The notes beneath the pieces are model-generated. The model saw only the letters and a program-made list of their open reading frames with translations, was not told the DNA's origin and made no database searches. From IMG/VR virus record IMGVR_UViG_2585427763_000002: a stretch of 42,068 nucleotides of DNA; one strand, 5' to 3'. The stretch's first letter is position 1, and each line of letters begins with the position of its first letter. Both the position numbers and the translations under genes were made by a program. Shown here piece by piece: positions 8,996-17,495 of the stretch. The stretch comes from a virus (lineage: Duplodnaviria > Heunggongvirae > Uroviricota > Caudoviricetes).

Positions 8996-9322
8996 TCAAA
9001 TAAGTGGTTTGCTGCCTAATTTCATTTTCTGGCGACCAACACATGTCACACCCATTTCACTGCGTGGCTTGCTGTACCATGTGCGCTGATTCTTGCGCTC
9101 AATACGCTGCAGGTTGCTTTCAATCTGTTCGTGGTATTCAGCCAGCACCGTAAGGTCTATCGGATTCAGTGCGCTTTCTACTCGTGATTTCGGTTTGCGA
9201 TTCAGCGAGAGAATAGGGCGGTTAACTGGTTTTGCGCTTACCCCAACCAACAGGGGATTTGCTGCTTTCCATTGAGCCTGTTTCTCTGCGCGACGTTCGC
9301 GGCGGCGTGTTTGTGCATCCAT
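8996..9322 (-). CDS. N: Antitermination protein N, lambda type
   Basis: MDAQTRRRERRAEKQAQWKAANPLLVGVSAKPVNRPILSLNRKPKSRVESALNPIDLTVLAEYH... recalled as lambda N, including the arginine-rich boxB-binding motif. Confidence 0.9.
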   Translation of the reverse strand: MDAQTRRRERRAEKQAQWKAANPLLVGVSAKPVNRPILSLNRKPKSRVESALNPIDLTVLAEYHEQIESNLQRIERKNQRTWYSKPRSEMGVTCVGRQKMKLGSKPLI

Positions 9323-9494
9323 CTGGATTCTCCTGTCAGTTAGCTTTGGTGGTGTGGTAGGTGGGAGACCCATTTCGACCTGCTTCGGCCGACTTCAATT
9401 CGGCAATAGTTCCGCAGGCCTCGCCGCTTTACGTGCGACATATTCCCATCCATGAACCCTTCACCACACCCCAAAGCCTTCTGCTTTGAATGCT

Positions 9495-9525
9495 GCCCTT
9501 CTTCAGGGCTTAATTTTTAAGAGCG
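9495..9525 (-). promoter_or_regulatory. nutL: nutL (boxB GCCCTGAAGAAGGGC and boxA CGCTCTTA on the minus strand)
   Basis: Exact lambda nutL boxB/boxA sequences read on the reverse complement, upstream of N. Confidence 0.85.
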
Positions 9526-9529
9526 TCAC

Positions 9530-9655
9530 CTTCATGGTGGTCAGTGCGTCCTGCTGATGGCTAAATAGTACGATTTGTACTTTATCAAGTCAATACAAAA
9601 TGTTCTAACTATAATTAGTTTTTTATAACGCTTTGTATTTAATGGGTTTATATTT
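9530..9655 (-). promoter_or_regulatory. pL promoter / OL operator region
   Basis: AT-rich interval between repressor gene end and nutL containing inverted repeat ATACAAAATG...CTTTGTAT; exact operator and -10/-35 not resolved by eye. Confidence 0.45.
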
Positions 9656-9688
9656 TGGAAAAAGAAAACCCGACGCTAAGGTCGGGTT
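9655..9688 (-). terminator. Rho-independent terminator downstream of repressor gene
   Basis: Hairpin AACCCGAC-GCTAAG-GTCGGGTT followed on minus strand by TTTTCTTTTT. Confidence 0.5.
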
Positions 9689-9718
9689 ATTGTTGTGTGT
9701 TTTAGAGTTGTGAGGCTG

Positions 9719-10378
9719 TTAACTAAATGTCTCTTCAGGCCACTGGCTGGCGATAACTTTCCCTACTACGGAACAGCTATCATTGCATGGAATCATTGGA
9801 TATTGCGGGTTTAGTGGCTGTAGGAACACCTGACCGCTATCCCTGATCAGTTTCTTGAAGGTAAACTCGTCACCACCAAGTCTGGCTATGCAGAAATCAC
9901 CTGGCTCAACAGCCTGCTCAGGGTCAACGAGAATTAACATCCCGTCAGGAAAGCTTGGCTTGGATCCTGTTGGCGCGGTCATGGAATTACCTTCAACTTC
10001 AAGCCAGAACGCACAATCACTGGCTTTTTTGGTTGTGCTGACCCATCTCTCCGCATCACCTTTGGTAAAGGTTCTAAGCTCAGGCGAGAACATCCCGGCC
10101 TGAACATGAGAAAAAACAGGGTACTCATATTGTTTTTTTAACGGGGCAGATGAGTATTCGCCAACAGGTGAAAATGTACCGTCGTGGTTGAATGAGACGT
10201 TATCAATACCAAGGTATTTAAACACCACACCAATCTCGTCAAGAGATGGATGACGAGATCCGCGCAACCAGTGACCAATTCCACCCTGCGTCATACCAAG
10301 CTCTTCAGCTAACTTCTCTTGAGTTATGCCGAGTTCTTTCATTCTGGATCTAGCCAGTTCATACCATTTCATTTTCAT
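9719..10378 (-). CDS. cI: CI-type immunity repressor (HTH domain + S24 LexA-like autopeptidase domain); hybrid with lambda-like C-terminal domain
   Basis: C-terminal ~140 aa ([35 protein letters not shown]...[24 protein letters not shown]...) recalled as near-identical to lambda CI; N-terminal HTH differs (start chosen at [17 protein letters not shown]; 10453 ORF start unlikely). Confidence 0.85.
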   Translation of the reverse strand: MKMKWYELARSRMKELGITQEKLAEELGMTQGGIGHWLRGSRHPSLDEIGVVFKYLGIDNVSFNHDGTFSPVGEYSSAPLKKQYEYPVFSHVQAGMFSPELRTFTKGDAERWVSTTKKASDCAFWLEVEGNSMTAPTGSKPSFPDGMLILVDPEQAVEPGDFCIARLGGDEFTFKKLIRDSGQVFLQPLNPQYPMIPCNDSCSVVGKVIASQWPEETFS

Positions 10379-10489
10379 ATCCTTATTATTACGCTCTGTA
10401 CTAAAACCATCCATGCACAAGATGTATTTTTTGTTTGCATTCCAAAAGTACATATCGTATTATTGTTTCATGGTTACTATGGAGGGCAT
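10379..10489. promoter_or_regulatory. OR operator region with divergent pRM/pR promoters
   Basis: 111-bp AT-rich divergent interval between cI and cro starts; operator half-sites not confidently resolved. Confidence 0.55.
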
Positions 10490-10705
10490 ATGAGCAACCT
10501 ACGAAAATATCGAGAGTCACTGAATATCTCTCAAACAACACTTGCTAAGGCGGTTGGATGCACACAGGGAGCTATCGGACATTGGGAATCTGGTCGTCGC
10601 TTCCCAGACCTTAAAACATGCCGTGCTCTTGTTGCGTGCCTAAACAAGTTAGGCGCAAAAGTCAGTCTTGATGACGTGTTCCCACCGGAACACAAAGCCG
10701 CTTAA
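10490..10705 (+). CDS. cro: Cro-like repressor (XRE-family HTH)
   Basis: 71 aa from ATG at 10490 preceded by GGAGGG; helix-turn-helix ISQTTLAKAVGCTQGAIGHWESG; divergent from cI. Confidence 0.75.
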   Translation: MSNLRKYRESLNISQTTLAKAVGCTQGAIGHWESGRRFPDLKTCRALVACLNKLGAKVSLDDVFPPEHKAA

Positions 10706-10713
10706 GACATTCC

Positions 10714-10745
10714 CGCTCTTACACATCCCAGCCCTGAAAAAGGGC
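10714..10745 (+). promoter_or_regulatory. nutR: nutR (boxA CGCTCTTA, boxB GCCCTGAAAAAGGGC)
   Basis: Exact lambda nutR boxA/boxB sequences immediately downstream of cro. Confidence 0.88.
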
Positions 10746-10821
10746 ATTACCAGAAACAAATCTCTATGGTTTTGCGTTTCTTTGCGAAGCCAACTCTATC
10801 TAATCATTAAGGAAATTATCT

Positions 10822-11103
10822 ATGGGTACTATTGCAACTAAAAGCAAGAAAGCGGCTCGCATCGAGTCAGCCTTGCTGAACAAACTGGCACTGATTGGGC
10901 AGAAGACATTCGCTCGCGCGATGGGGGTTCCTGAATACCAGGTAAGCCGATGGAAGAATGGTTTCTTCTCGCAGGTAAGCATGATGCTGGCTGTTCTGGA
11001 ATACGGAATCGAAGACGATGAAATGGCTGAATTGACTAAGCGGCTTGCCGATTACCTGACAAAAGAAAAAGCCCCGAAGAACGGCGAATTCTTCGAGGCC
11101 TGA
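10822..11103 (+). CDS. cII: CII transcriptional activator
   Basis: 93 aa; RIESALLNKLALIG...SRWK...FSMMLAVLEYG... resembles lambda CII; RBS AAGGA. Confidence 0.85.
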   Translation: MGTIATKSKKAARIESALLNKLALIGQKTFARAMGVPEYQVSRWKNGFFSQVSMMLAVLEYGIEDDEMAELTKRLADYLTKEKAPKNGEFFEA

Positions 11104-11137
11104 TGTAGAAAGACTGGATCAATCAACAGGAGTCATT

Positions 11138-11983
11138 ATGACAAATACAGCAAAAATACTCAACTTCGGCAGAGGTAACTTTGCCGAACAGGAGCTAAGA
11201 GTGGCTGATATCGATGATGGTTACACCAGATTCGCTAACGAGCTGCTGGAAGCTATCGCAAGTGCCGATTTAACCGCTCGCCAGTTGAAAGTTATGCTGG
11301 CCTACGTCCGGAAAACATATGGCTTCAATAAGAAAACAGATCGAATAGCCGATGAGCAAATTGCTCAGTTAACAGGACTGTCAAGGCAGAATGTTAACAA
11401 GGCTAAAAAAGAACTGATTTCAATGAATTGCCTGTTTATGGATGGAAATAAAATCGGTGTAAATAGGGAGGTATCTGCGTGGCAATTCAGCAAGTGTCTC
11501 CAAGTTAGCAACTTTGTCTCGAAGTTAGAGACAAAAAATGTCTCCAAATTAGAGACACTCAATGTCTCGAAGTTAGAGACACACAAAAGACATTCTTTAA
11601 AGACAAAAGAAAATATTAATAAACCCCCTATATCCCCCAAAAAAGTTTCTCAGAAGTTCGACCCGCTAGAAACAGAGTTGCCTGATTGGTTATCAGCAGA
11701 AACATGGTTGTCGTGGGTTACCTATCGCAAGGAGATAGGTAAGTCGATCAAGTCTAAGCAAAGTGTCACTCAGGCTATCAACGTTCTAAGCAGAAGCCTG
11801 GAGAAGGGATATACACCTGAAGAAATTATAAACCAGAGCATCGCCAGTGGTTGGCAGGGGATTTTTGAACCCAAGACTCCAAAGGGGAAATCTCAACCGA
11901 GGCCGCAGCAGCGAGCTATGCAGGAAAACTTTGCCGCCAAAGATTACGGGCAAACTGAAATGCCTTCATGGGCGCAGGAGTGA
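11138..11983 (+). CDS. O: Replication initiator O, lambda type
   Basis: 281 aa; N-terminus MTNTAKILNFGRGNFA... as in lambda O; iterons embedded mid-gene. Confidence 0.9.
   Translation: MTNTAKILNFGRGNFAEQELRVADIDDGYTRFANELLEAIASADLTARQLKVMLAYVRKTYGFNKKTDRIADEQIAQLTGLSRQNVNKAKKELISMNCLFMDGNKIGVNREVSAWQFSKCLQVSNFVSKLETKNVSKLETLNVSKLETHKRHSLKTKENINKPPISPKKVSQKFDPLETELPDWLSAETWLSWVTYRKEIGKSIKSKQSVTQAINVLSRSLEKGYTPEEIINQSIASGWQGIFEPKTPKGKSQPRPQQRAMQENFAAKDYGQTEMPSWAQE
11495..11581 (+). repeat. ori: Replication origin iterons (four ~19-bp direct repeats TGTCTC(C/G)AA(G/A)TTAGAGACA) followed by AT-rich stretch
   Basis: Repeats start near 11495, 11516, 11539 and 11563, then AAAAGACATTCTTTAAAGACAAAAGAAAATATTAATAAA; inside O as in ori-lambda. 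Confidence 0.8.
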
Positions 11984-11985
11984 AT

Positions 11986-12879
11986 ATGAATACGACAAAT
12001 GGTTACAATCTGGCACTGCAAAGGCAACTTGTAGACTCAAAAATCAATGACATTTCTGATCTGAAACAGAAACTTGAGTTTAGCAAAATTGGATCAGCAT
12101 CAGATGGAATGTCAGTTACCAGCACAGTGGAAGAGTGCGAGAAACACGGTAAATATACTTCCTATGAGAAATATCTGACCATCTCAGGAAAAAGAATTAC
12201 TTCAAGTAAATCTGAGTGCCCACAGTGCCTTGAGGAGAAAATTCGTAAGAAAGAGATTGAACGTGAGCAGGCAGAACAAAGAGCAAGACAATCAAAAATT
12301 GAATATTTGTTGAATTCTCTCAATATTCCAGAGAGGTTCAAAAATTGCACTCTTCAGAATTATGAGCCTGTTAACGATGATGCAAAGCGAGTTCTTAAGG
12401 TTTGCCAGGCATATGCCAGTAAGTGGCCTGAACGCCTTCAAAAAGGTGGCGGACTGGTCATGTGTGGTAAGCCTGGAACTGGAAAGAACCACCTTGCACT
12501 GGCTATCGCTAGGCACGCCATTATCGAGCATCAAAGCTCTGTGATATTTACCACTGCGTTGAAAATTGCCAGAGAGTACAAATCAACATGGTCTAAGGCC
12601 GCAACCAGAACTGAAGAAGAAGTCATTAGGCAATTTACGCATCCTGACTTGTTAATAATCGATGAGGTTGGCGTGCAGTTCGGCAGTGATGCTGAAAAGC
12701 TAATCATGTTCGAAATTATCAACACCAGATATGAATACATGAAGCCAACAATCCTGATTAGTAATCAGAGCAAAGATGAACTTTCGGCATTCATTGGTGA
12801 GCGTGTTATTGACAGGATGAATGATGGCGGAGGGTGCACTCTTGCGTTTACATGGGATAGTTACAGGAGCAGATCGTGA
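11986..12879 (+). CDS. DnaC-type helicase loader (IstB-like AAA+ ATPase), functional analogue of lambda P
   Basis: Walker A GKPGTGKNHLA, Walker B LLIIDEVG; start ATG 11986 after GGAG, 3 nt after O stop. Confidence 0.85.
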   Translation: MNTTNGYNLALQRQLVDSKINDISDLKQKLEFSKIGSASDGMSVTSTVEECEKHGKYTSYEKYLTISGKRITSSKSECPQCLEEKIRKKEIEREQAEQRARQSKIEYLLNSLNIPERFKNCTLQNYEPVNDDAKRVLKVCQAYASKWPERLQKGGGLVMCGKPGTGKNHLALAIARHAIIEHQSSVIFTTALKIAREYKSTWSKAATRTEEEVIRQFTHPDLLIIDEVGVQFGSDAEKLIMFEIINTRYEYMKPTILISNQSKDELSAFIGERVIDRMNDGGGCTLAFTWDSYRSRS

Positions 12880-13166
12880 CTGGAAAAGAAATCATCCTGG
12901 AATATCTGAAAACTCATGAACAATTCTCCCCACATGAATTAGCTCTGATCACCGGAATACCAAATAACAGAATCGCTCAAGCAGCAAGGCATATGGTGAA
13001 ACAAGGGCATTTGAGTGTTGTTGAGCGTAAGTGGAAGACGGTTATTTATGCAAAGCGCAAAGTGAAGAAGGAGCCAATTAAAAGAAATCCAGATGGTACG
13101 GGGTGGGGATGTGCAAATCCAATGACGGCGTTTATTAATAGGGCGCTTATGGAGGTAAGGCAATGA
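12876..13166 (+). CDS. Hypothetical protein
   Basis: 96-aa ORF with GTG start overlapping helicase-loader stop (GTGA). Confidence 0.45.
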   Translation: MTGKEIILEYLKTHEQFSPHELALITGIPNNRIAQAARHMVKQGHLSVVERKWKTVIYAKRKVKKEPIKRNPDGTGWGCANPMTAFINRALMEVRQ

Positions 13167-13191
13167 CCATCTACATCACTGATCTGATAGC

Positions 13192-13223
13192 AGGCCTGCT
13201 GGTAATCGCAGGCCTTTTTATTT
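13192..13223 (+). terminator. Putative rho-independent terminator
   Basis: Hairpin AGGCCTGC-TGGTAATC-GCAGGCCT followed by TTTTATTT. Confidence 0.5.
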
Positions 13224-13234
13224 GGGGGGGGGGG
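13224..13234. repeat. Homopolymeric G tract (11 G)
   Basis: GGGGGGGGGGG read directly, between the terminator hairpin and the RBS (GGAGG) of the next ORF. Confidence 0.9.
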
Positions 13235-13252
13235 AATTGGAGGCTTTAAGAA

Positions 13253-13468
13253 ATGAGTACGATAGCTGAGCTTGTCAGGGCTAATTTTCGTGAAGAGTTG
13301 GTGCGTTGGTATCGGTATCGTTCATCGTCCAGTTTGCCGATTGATGAGTTGTATGAGCATTCACCTGCTGCACGACGCTATCCGCGTGACCGTGTTCTTC
13401 GACGGTTGTTCAAACTCAACAATGAGTTTCAGCGCAACAGAATAATCCGGAGTCTGGATTTAAAGTAA
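13253..13468 (+). CDS. Hypothetical small protein
   Basis: 71-aa ORF preceded by GGAGG. Confidence 0.5.
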   Translation: MSTIAELVRANFREELVRWYRYRSSSSLPIDELYEHSPAARRYPRDRVLRRLFKLNNEFQRNRIIRSLDLK

Positions 13469-13478
13469 AGGAGTGAGC

Positions 13479-13634
13479 ATGACAAATCAGCAGCAAATAG
13501 AGTTCATCCTTGAGCAGATTCGAAAAATGCGAGAAAAGAACCAGCCAGACATGATGGAACTATGGAGACGGCAGCGGGAAGAATGGCACAGGCATATTTT
13601 GGGTGAGAGAAAATGGGATGGATGGAGCCTATAA
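13479..13634 (+). CDS. Hypothetical small protein
   Basis: 51-aa ORF (MTNQQQIEFILEQIRKMREKNQPDMMELWRRQREEWHRHILGERKWDGWSL) with RBS AAGGAG; below ORF-track cutoff. Confidence 0.4.
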   Translation: MTNQQQIEFILEQIRKMREKNQPDMMELWRRQREEWHRHILGERKWDGWSL

Positions 13635-13666
13635 AATGGCGTGGCGTTTTGTTAGTTGAGGTGACA

Positions 13667-14134
13667 ATGAAGCAAATATACATGCTTCGCAACGAAGCAA
13701 TCAGAAACAACGCCATAGACGCAATACTCTCACTTCCGATCGACGACAAGTCACCTCACGAAGTCCACATTAAAGAACCAAAGCGGAGCAATCCTCAAAA
13801 CCGCCTTATGTGGGCGTTATTGCAGGACGTATCACGTCAGGTGCTTTGGCATGGAAAGAGACTTGCGCCGGAGGACTGGAAAGATCTGTTCACTGCCCTG
13901 TGGCTTAAGACCAAAAAACTGGAGCAACGAAGTGCGCCTGGTATCGACGGTGGCGTTGTTATGCTTGGTGTGCGTACCAGCAAAATGCGAAAGGCCAGCA
14001 TGACTGAGCTTATCGAAATCATGTTTTGGTTCGGCTCAGAGCGCAACGTGCGGTGGAGTGATGACTCCCGGCGAGAGTATGAATGGTCACAACGGAAAGG
14101 TAACACGGACAATATGCGAGGGTTGAATGATTAA
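13667..14134 (+). CDS. ninB: NinB (Orf-family recombination mediator)
   Basis: Start ATG 13667 after GAGGTGA; ...NPQNRLMWALLQDVSRQVLWHGKRL...WSD... resembles lambda NinB. Confidence 0.8.
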   Translation: MKQIYMLRNEAIRNNAIDAILSLPIDDKSPHEVHIKEPKRSNPQNRLMWALLQDVSRQVLWHGKRLAPEDWKDLFTALWLKTKKLEQRSAPGIDGGVVMLGVRTSKMRKASMTELIEIMFWFGSERNVRWSDDSRREYEWSQRKGNTDNMRGLND

Positions 14135-14657
14135 GCATAAATCAGAAACACCAAAAGAAGTTAGAGACTGCTGGCAAACGCCGCTTTGGCTTTTTGATGC
14201 ACTGGATATTGAGTTTGGATTCTGGCTGGATTCGGCAGCGAGCGACAAAAATGCTCTGTGTGCTCACTGGCTAACTGAGTCCGACGACGCGCTCAATTCT
14301 GAGTGGATAAGCTACGGTGCAATCTGGAATAACCCACCGTACAGCAATATCAGACCGTGGGTGGAAAAAGCCGCTGAGCAGTGCATACAACAGCGACAGA
14401 CGGTAGTTATGCTTGTGCCAGAGGATATGTCAGTCGGATGGTTCAGCAAGGCTCTGGAGAGTGTCGACGAAGTTCGCATTATCACTGATGGACGGATTAA
14501 TTTTATCGAACCATCGACAGGGTTGGAGAAGAAGGGAAACAGCAAAGGCTCCATGCTGCTGATTTGGCGACCGTTCATCAGTCCTCGACGGATGTTTACT
14601 ACCGTATCCAAAGCGGCATTGATGGCGATCGGGCAGGGCGTCAGGAGGGCGGCATGA
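14127..14657 (+). CDS. Phage DNA N6-adenine methyltransferase (Dam-type)
   Basis: 176 aa with catalytic NPPY motif ([10 protein letters not shown]); overlaps ninB stop. Confidence 0.85.
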   Translation: MIKHKSETPKEVRDCWQTPLWLFDALDIEFGFWLDSAASDKNALCAHWLTESDDALNSEWISYGAIWNNPPYSNIRPWVEKAAEQCIQQRQTVVMLVPEDMSVGWFSKALESVDEVRIITDGRINFIEPSTGLEKKGNSKGSMLLIWRPFISPRRMFTTVSKAALMAIGQGVRRAA

Positions 14658-14830
14658 GGCGACAGCGACGAAGTTTCACCGACATCATCTGCGAAAACTG
14701 CAAATACCTTCCAACGAAACGCTCCAGAAATAAACGCAAGCCAATCCCAAAAGAATCTGACGTAAAAACCTTCAATTACACGGCTCACCTGTGGGATATC
14801 CGGTGGCTAAGACATCGTGCGAGGAAATGA
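14654..14830 (+). CDS. ninE: NinE
   Basis: 58 aa, [52 protein letters not shown]... recalled as lambda NinE; ATGA overlap with methyltransferase stop. Confidence 0.7.
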   Translation: MRRQRRSFTDIICENCKYLPTKRSRNKRKPIPKESDVKTFNYTAHLWDIRWLRHRARK

Positions 14831-15192
14831 CAATGGATTATTCACAGTTAAGTGATTTTGAAATTAACGTGGCGGTATTCGAAGCCATTCATAACGGATC
14901 ACCGGATTACAAAGAAGGTGAGAATGGCGCGATGGTGTTTATCTCATTTGAGGGAGACATTGTAAACGGAGACGCAGTTGAAGTAGAAGTTGAGCGCGGA
15001 TCCTTTAACCCATGCGCAAACCCAGCAGACGCATGGCCGATTATTGAAAAATACAGGATTAGCATTATCAATCTCGATGAAGACGAGTGGGGTGCACGCG
15101 GTGTGGCCTACTGTAAATCTAAGCGAGCTATACATGAAAATCCCCTCCGCGCCGCCATGATTGTCTTTCTCATGATGCAGAGAATCCAATAA
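14827..15192 (+). CDS. Hypothetical nin-region protein (NinX/DUF2591-like?)
   Basis: ~121 aa from ATG 14827 (or 14833); family from memory only. Confidence 0.5.
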   Translation: MTMDYSQLSDFEINVAVFEAIHNGSPDYKEGENGAMVFISFEGDIVNGDAVEVEVERGSFNPCANPADAWPIIEKYRISIINLDEDEWGARGVAYCKSKRAIHENPLRAAMIVFLMMQRIQ

Positions 15193-15368
15193 TGCTTAGC
15201 CCATCCCAATCCATTCAATACCAGAAAGAAAGCGTCGAGCGAGCTTTAACGTGCGCTAACTGCGGTCAGAAGCTGCATGTGCTGGAAGTTCACGTGTGCT
15301 CAGATTGCTGCGCAGAACTGATGAGCGATCCGAATAGCTCAATGTACGAGGAAGAAGACGATGAATGA
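15192..15368 (+). CDS. ninF: NinF (Cys-rich small protein)
   Basis: 58 aa, [58 protein letters not shown] recalled as lambda NinF; TAATG coupling; not in ORF track (<60 aa). Confidence 0.65.
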   Translation: MLSPSQSIQYQKESVERALTCANCGQKLHVLEVHVCSDCCAELMSDPNSSMYEEEDDE

Positions 15369-16083
15369 GTTAATAAATGGCAATGCTATCAAAATGACAA
15401 GCATTGAAATCGCTGAGTTGGTGGGTAAGCGTCAAGACAATGTGAAACGTACCATCGAAACGCTGGCTAAAAATGGTGTTATCCGGCTTCCTCAAATTGA
15501 GGTTTCCGAAAGAATCAATAACTTAGGGTTCAATGTTCAGTACGAGCATTACGTCTTCGAAGGCGAACAAGGTAAGCGAGACAGTATTGTCGTTGTTGCC
15601 CAGTTGTCGCCGGAATTCACCGCTCGTCTTGTTGACCGTTGGCGAGAGCTTGAGGAAACTGCGGTTAATATCCCCAAAACGCTACCAGAAGCGTTGCGCC
15701 TTGCTGCTGATCTTGCTGAGCAGAAAATGCAACTGGAAAACCAGCTCGCAATTGCCGCACCTAAAGTTGAGTTTGCCGATCGCGTTGGCGAGGCCAGCGG
15801 AATTTTGATTGGAAACTTTGCAAAGGTTGTCGGTATTGGTCCAAACAAACTGTTTGCGTGGATGCGTGATCACAAAATCCTTATTGCTTCAGGTTCCCGG
15901 CGCAATGTGCCAATGCAGGAATATATGGATCGCGGCTATTTCACAGTGAAAGAAACAGCGGTCAACACAAATCACGGAATACAGATATCGTTCACCACAA
16001 AAATCACCGGGCGTGGTCAACAGTGGCTGACCAGAAAGCTGCTCGATAACGGAATGCTGAAAGTAACAGGGGAGGCTGCTTAA
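15361..16083 (+). CDS. Roi/Rha-like DNA-binding protein with KilA-C-type antirepressor domain
   Basis: 240 aa; position between ninF and ybcO-like/rusA as for roi of HK022-like phages. Confidence 0.65.
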   Translation: MNELINGNAIKMTSIEIAELVGKRQDNVKRTIETLAKNGVIRLPQIEVSERINNLGFNVQYEHYVFEGEQGKRDSIVVVAQLSPEFTARLVDRWRELEETAVNIPKTLPEALRLAADLAEQKMQLENQLAIAAPKVEFADRVGEASGILIGNFAKVVGIGPNKLFAWMRDHKILIASGSRRNVPMQEYMDRGYFTVKETAVNTNHGIQISFTTKITGRGQQWLTRKLLDNGMLKVTGEAA

Positions 16084-16373
16084 TGGCTAACCTACGCAAA
16101 GAAGCGCGCAACAGAGAATGCCAGGTACGTATTTACGGCGTATGCAATGGCAATCCTGAAACTACAGTTCTGGCACATTACCGGATGGCTGGAATTTGCG
16201 GAACGGGAATGAAACCTGACGACCTGATCGGCGCATGGGCTTGTAGTGACTGCCACGCGGAGATCGACCGACGCACAAGGATTCTCGACAACAAAGACGC
16301 CAGACTTTACCACCTCGAAGGCGTGATAAGGACGCAGGCGATACTGCTGAAGGAGGGGAAGATTAAGCCATGA
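16083..16373 (+). CDS. YbcO-like (DUF1364) putative nuclease
   Basis: 96 aa with conserved Cys/His pattern (RECQVRIYGVCNGNPETTVLAHYR...CSDCHAEID) recalled from DLP12 YbcO. Confidence 0.7.
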   Translation: MANLRKEARNRECQVRIYGVCNGNPETTVLAHYRMAGICGTGMKPDDLIGAWACSDCHAEIDRRTRILDNKDARLYHLEGVIRTQAILLKEGKIKP

Positions 16374-16732
16374 ACGAATATCAGTTTGTGCTTCCATACC
16401 CGCCGTCGCTGAACACCTACTGGCGAAGACGGGGGAGTCAATACTACATCAGCGATAAAGGCCAGAAATACCGAAAAGACGTTCAGCAAATCATCCGCCA
16501 ACTTAAGTTAGACATTTTCACCAAATCACGACTCCGCATCAAAGTCATCGCAGACGTTCCAGACTCCCGCCGCCGCGACCTCGATAACATCCTGAAAGGT
16601 TTACTCGACTCCCTTATCCACGCCGGATTTGCGGAAGACGACGAGCAATTCGATGACATTCGCGTAATTCGTGGTGTGAAAGTACCAGGCGGACGGCTTG
16701 GAATAAAAATCACCGAACTGGAGAACGCATGA
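16370..16732 (+). CDS. rusA: RusA Holliday-junction resolvase
   Basis: 120 aa; PPSLNTYWRRRG...RRRDLDNILKGLLDSL...DD..F matches RusA family. Confidence 0.85.
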   Translation: MNEYQFVLPYPPSLNTYWRRRGSQYYISDKGQKYRKDVQQIIRQLKLDIFTKSRLRIKVIADVPDSRRRDLDNILKGLLDSLIHAGFAEDDEQFDDIRVIRGVKVPGGRLGIKITELENA

Positions 16733-16917
16733 ACGCCACAATTCAAACGATACCAGAGCTTCTTATCCAGACACGAGGCAATCAGACCGAAGTGGCAAGG
16801 ATGCTTTCCTGCGCAAGAGGAACAGTGCTCAAGTACAACCGAGACAGCAAAGGCGAGCGTCACGTAATAGTTAACGGCGTCCTGATGGTCAAACAGGGCA
16901 AGAGGGGAAGACGATGA
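16729..16917 (+). CDS. ninH: NinH-like protein
   Basis: 62 aa; ...GNQTEVARMLSCARGTVLKY... resembles lambda NinH HTH. Confidence 0.6.
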   Translation: MNATIQTIPELLIQTRGNQTEVARMLSCARGTVLKYNRDSKGERHVIVNGVLMVKQGKRGRR

Positions 16918-17402
16918 GCATAAGAGAATTAAACCTCACCAAAGAACAGCATGAGTGGCTGAATGGCTGGCTTGAACTGTGGGGCGCATGGGTTTATTCA
17001 GGTCGTCTGGAAAAGCGCATGAGCAGCGTAATAGCGAAGTTCATGGAGAGCGTAGACCCGGGAAGAGTTATGACAAGGCCAATGTGCAATGATGATGATG
17101 GAATGTTGATTTCTCAGGTCGTCGATTCCGTCATGTACATTGACAAGAAAGCCTTTGGCATCCTCCTCAGCTACTACGCCCATGGATCTTCCAAGCACGC
17201 CATTGCATCTTACTATCATCGCGTCGCAAGACCTCGCAAGATGTTATGCCGTGGCGGCGGGCGCATTCAAAAACCATCGCTCGCAACCTGTCGACGGGAA
17301 GTTGACGAAATCCTTAATGCCTCGTTGTTTATGATTTATCCGGTTCTGGATAGTGCGTTTAAAAACCGGAAACGTGTAGAGAAAATTAAACATGTAGCAT
17401 AG
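16914..17402 (+). CDS. Q: Late-gene antiterminator Q (non-lambda Q type, phage 82/21-like size class)
   Basis: 162 aa immediately upstream of a TTGACA promoter/terminator unit and the lysis cassette. Confidence 0.75.
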   Translation: MSIRELNLTKEQHEWLNGWLELWGAWVYSGRLEKRMSSVIAKFMESVDPGRVMTRPMCNDDDGMLISQVVDSVMYIDKKAFGILLSYYAHGSSKHAIASYYHRVARPRKMLCRGGGRIQKPSLATCRREVDEILNASLFMIYPVLDSAFKNRKRVEKIKHVA

Positions 17403-17404
17403 AA

Positions 17405-17495
17405 CGTGTTGACATCATTGAGCAAATGAGCAACACTATTCACATAAGCTGCCGTTAGTGACTCTTAAGTTGCAACGGTGGCTTTTTTTGTTTGC
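17405..17495 (+). promoter_or_regulatory. Late promoter pR' with qut region and tR' terminator
   Basis: TTGACA at 17409-17414; hairpin GCCGTTAGTGACTCTTAAGTTGCAACGGTGGC followed by TTTTTTTGTTTG at 17451-17495. Confidence 0.5.

Noticed and set aside
9374-9718. rexA/rexB exclusion genes expected between cI and N
   Set aside because: Only a 345-bp non-coding interval with terminator, promoter and nutL is present; no ORF of suitable size
10379-10453. Longer CI start at 10453 ([17 protein letters not shown]...)
   Set aside because: Would place coding sequence across the expected operator region; the internal Met (MKMKWYEL...) gives a typical repressor N-terminus. The exact start remains uncertain
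10319-10489. Upstream extension of the cro ORF (start at 10319)
   Set aside because: The extension runs through the OR operator/promoter region antisense to the cI start; the ATG at 10490 has a GGAGGG RBS and gives a Cro-sized protein
11495-11581. Four regularly spaced ~19-bp direct repeats that could be mistaken for a small CRISPR array
   Set aside because: They lie inside the O reading frame, are followed by an AT-rich stretch, and match the iteron architecture of ori-lambda; there are no cas genes or unique spacers of CRISPR length
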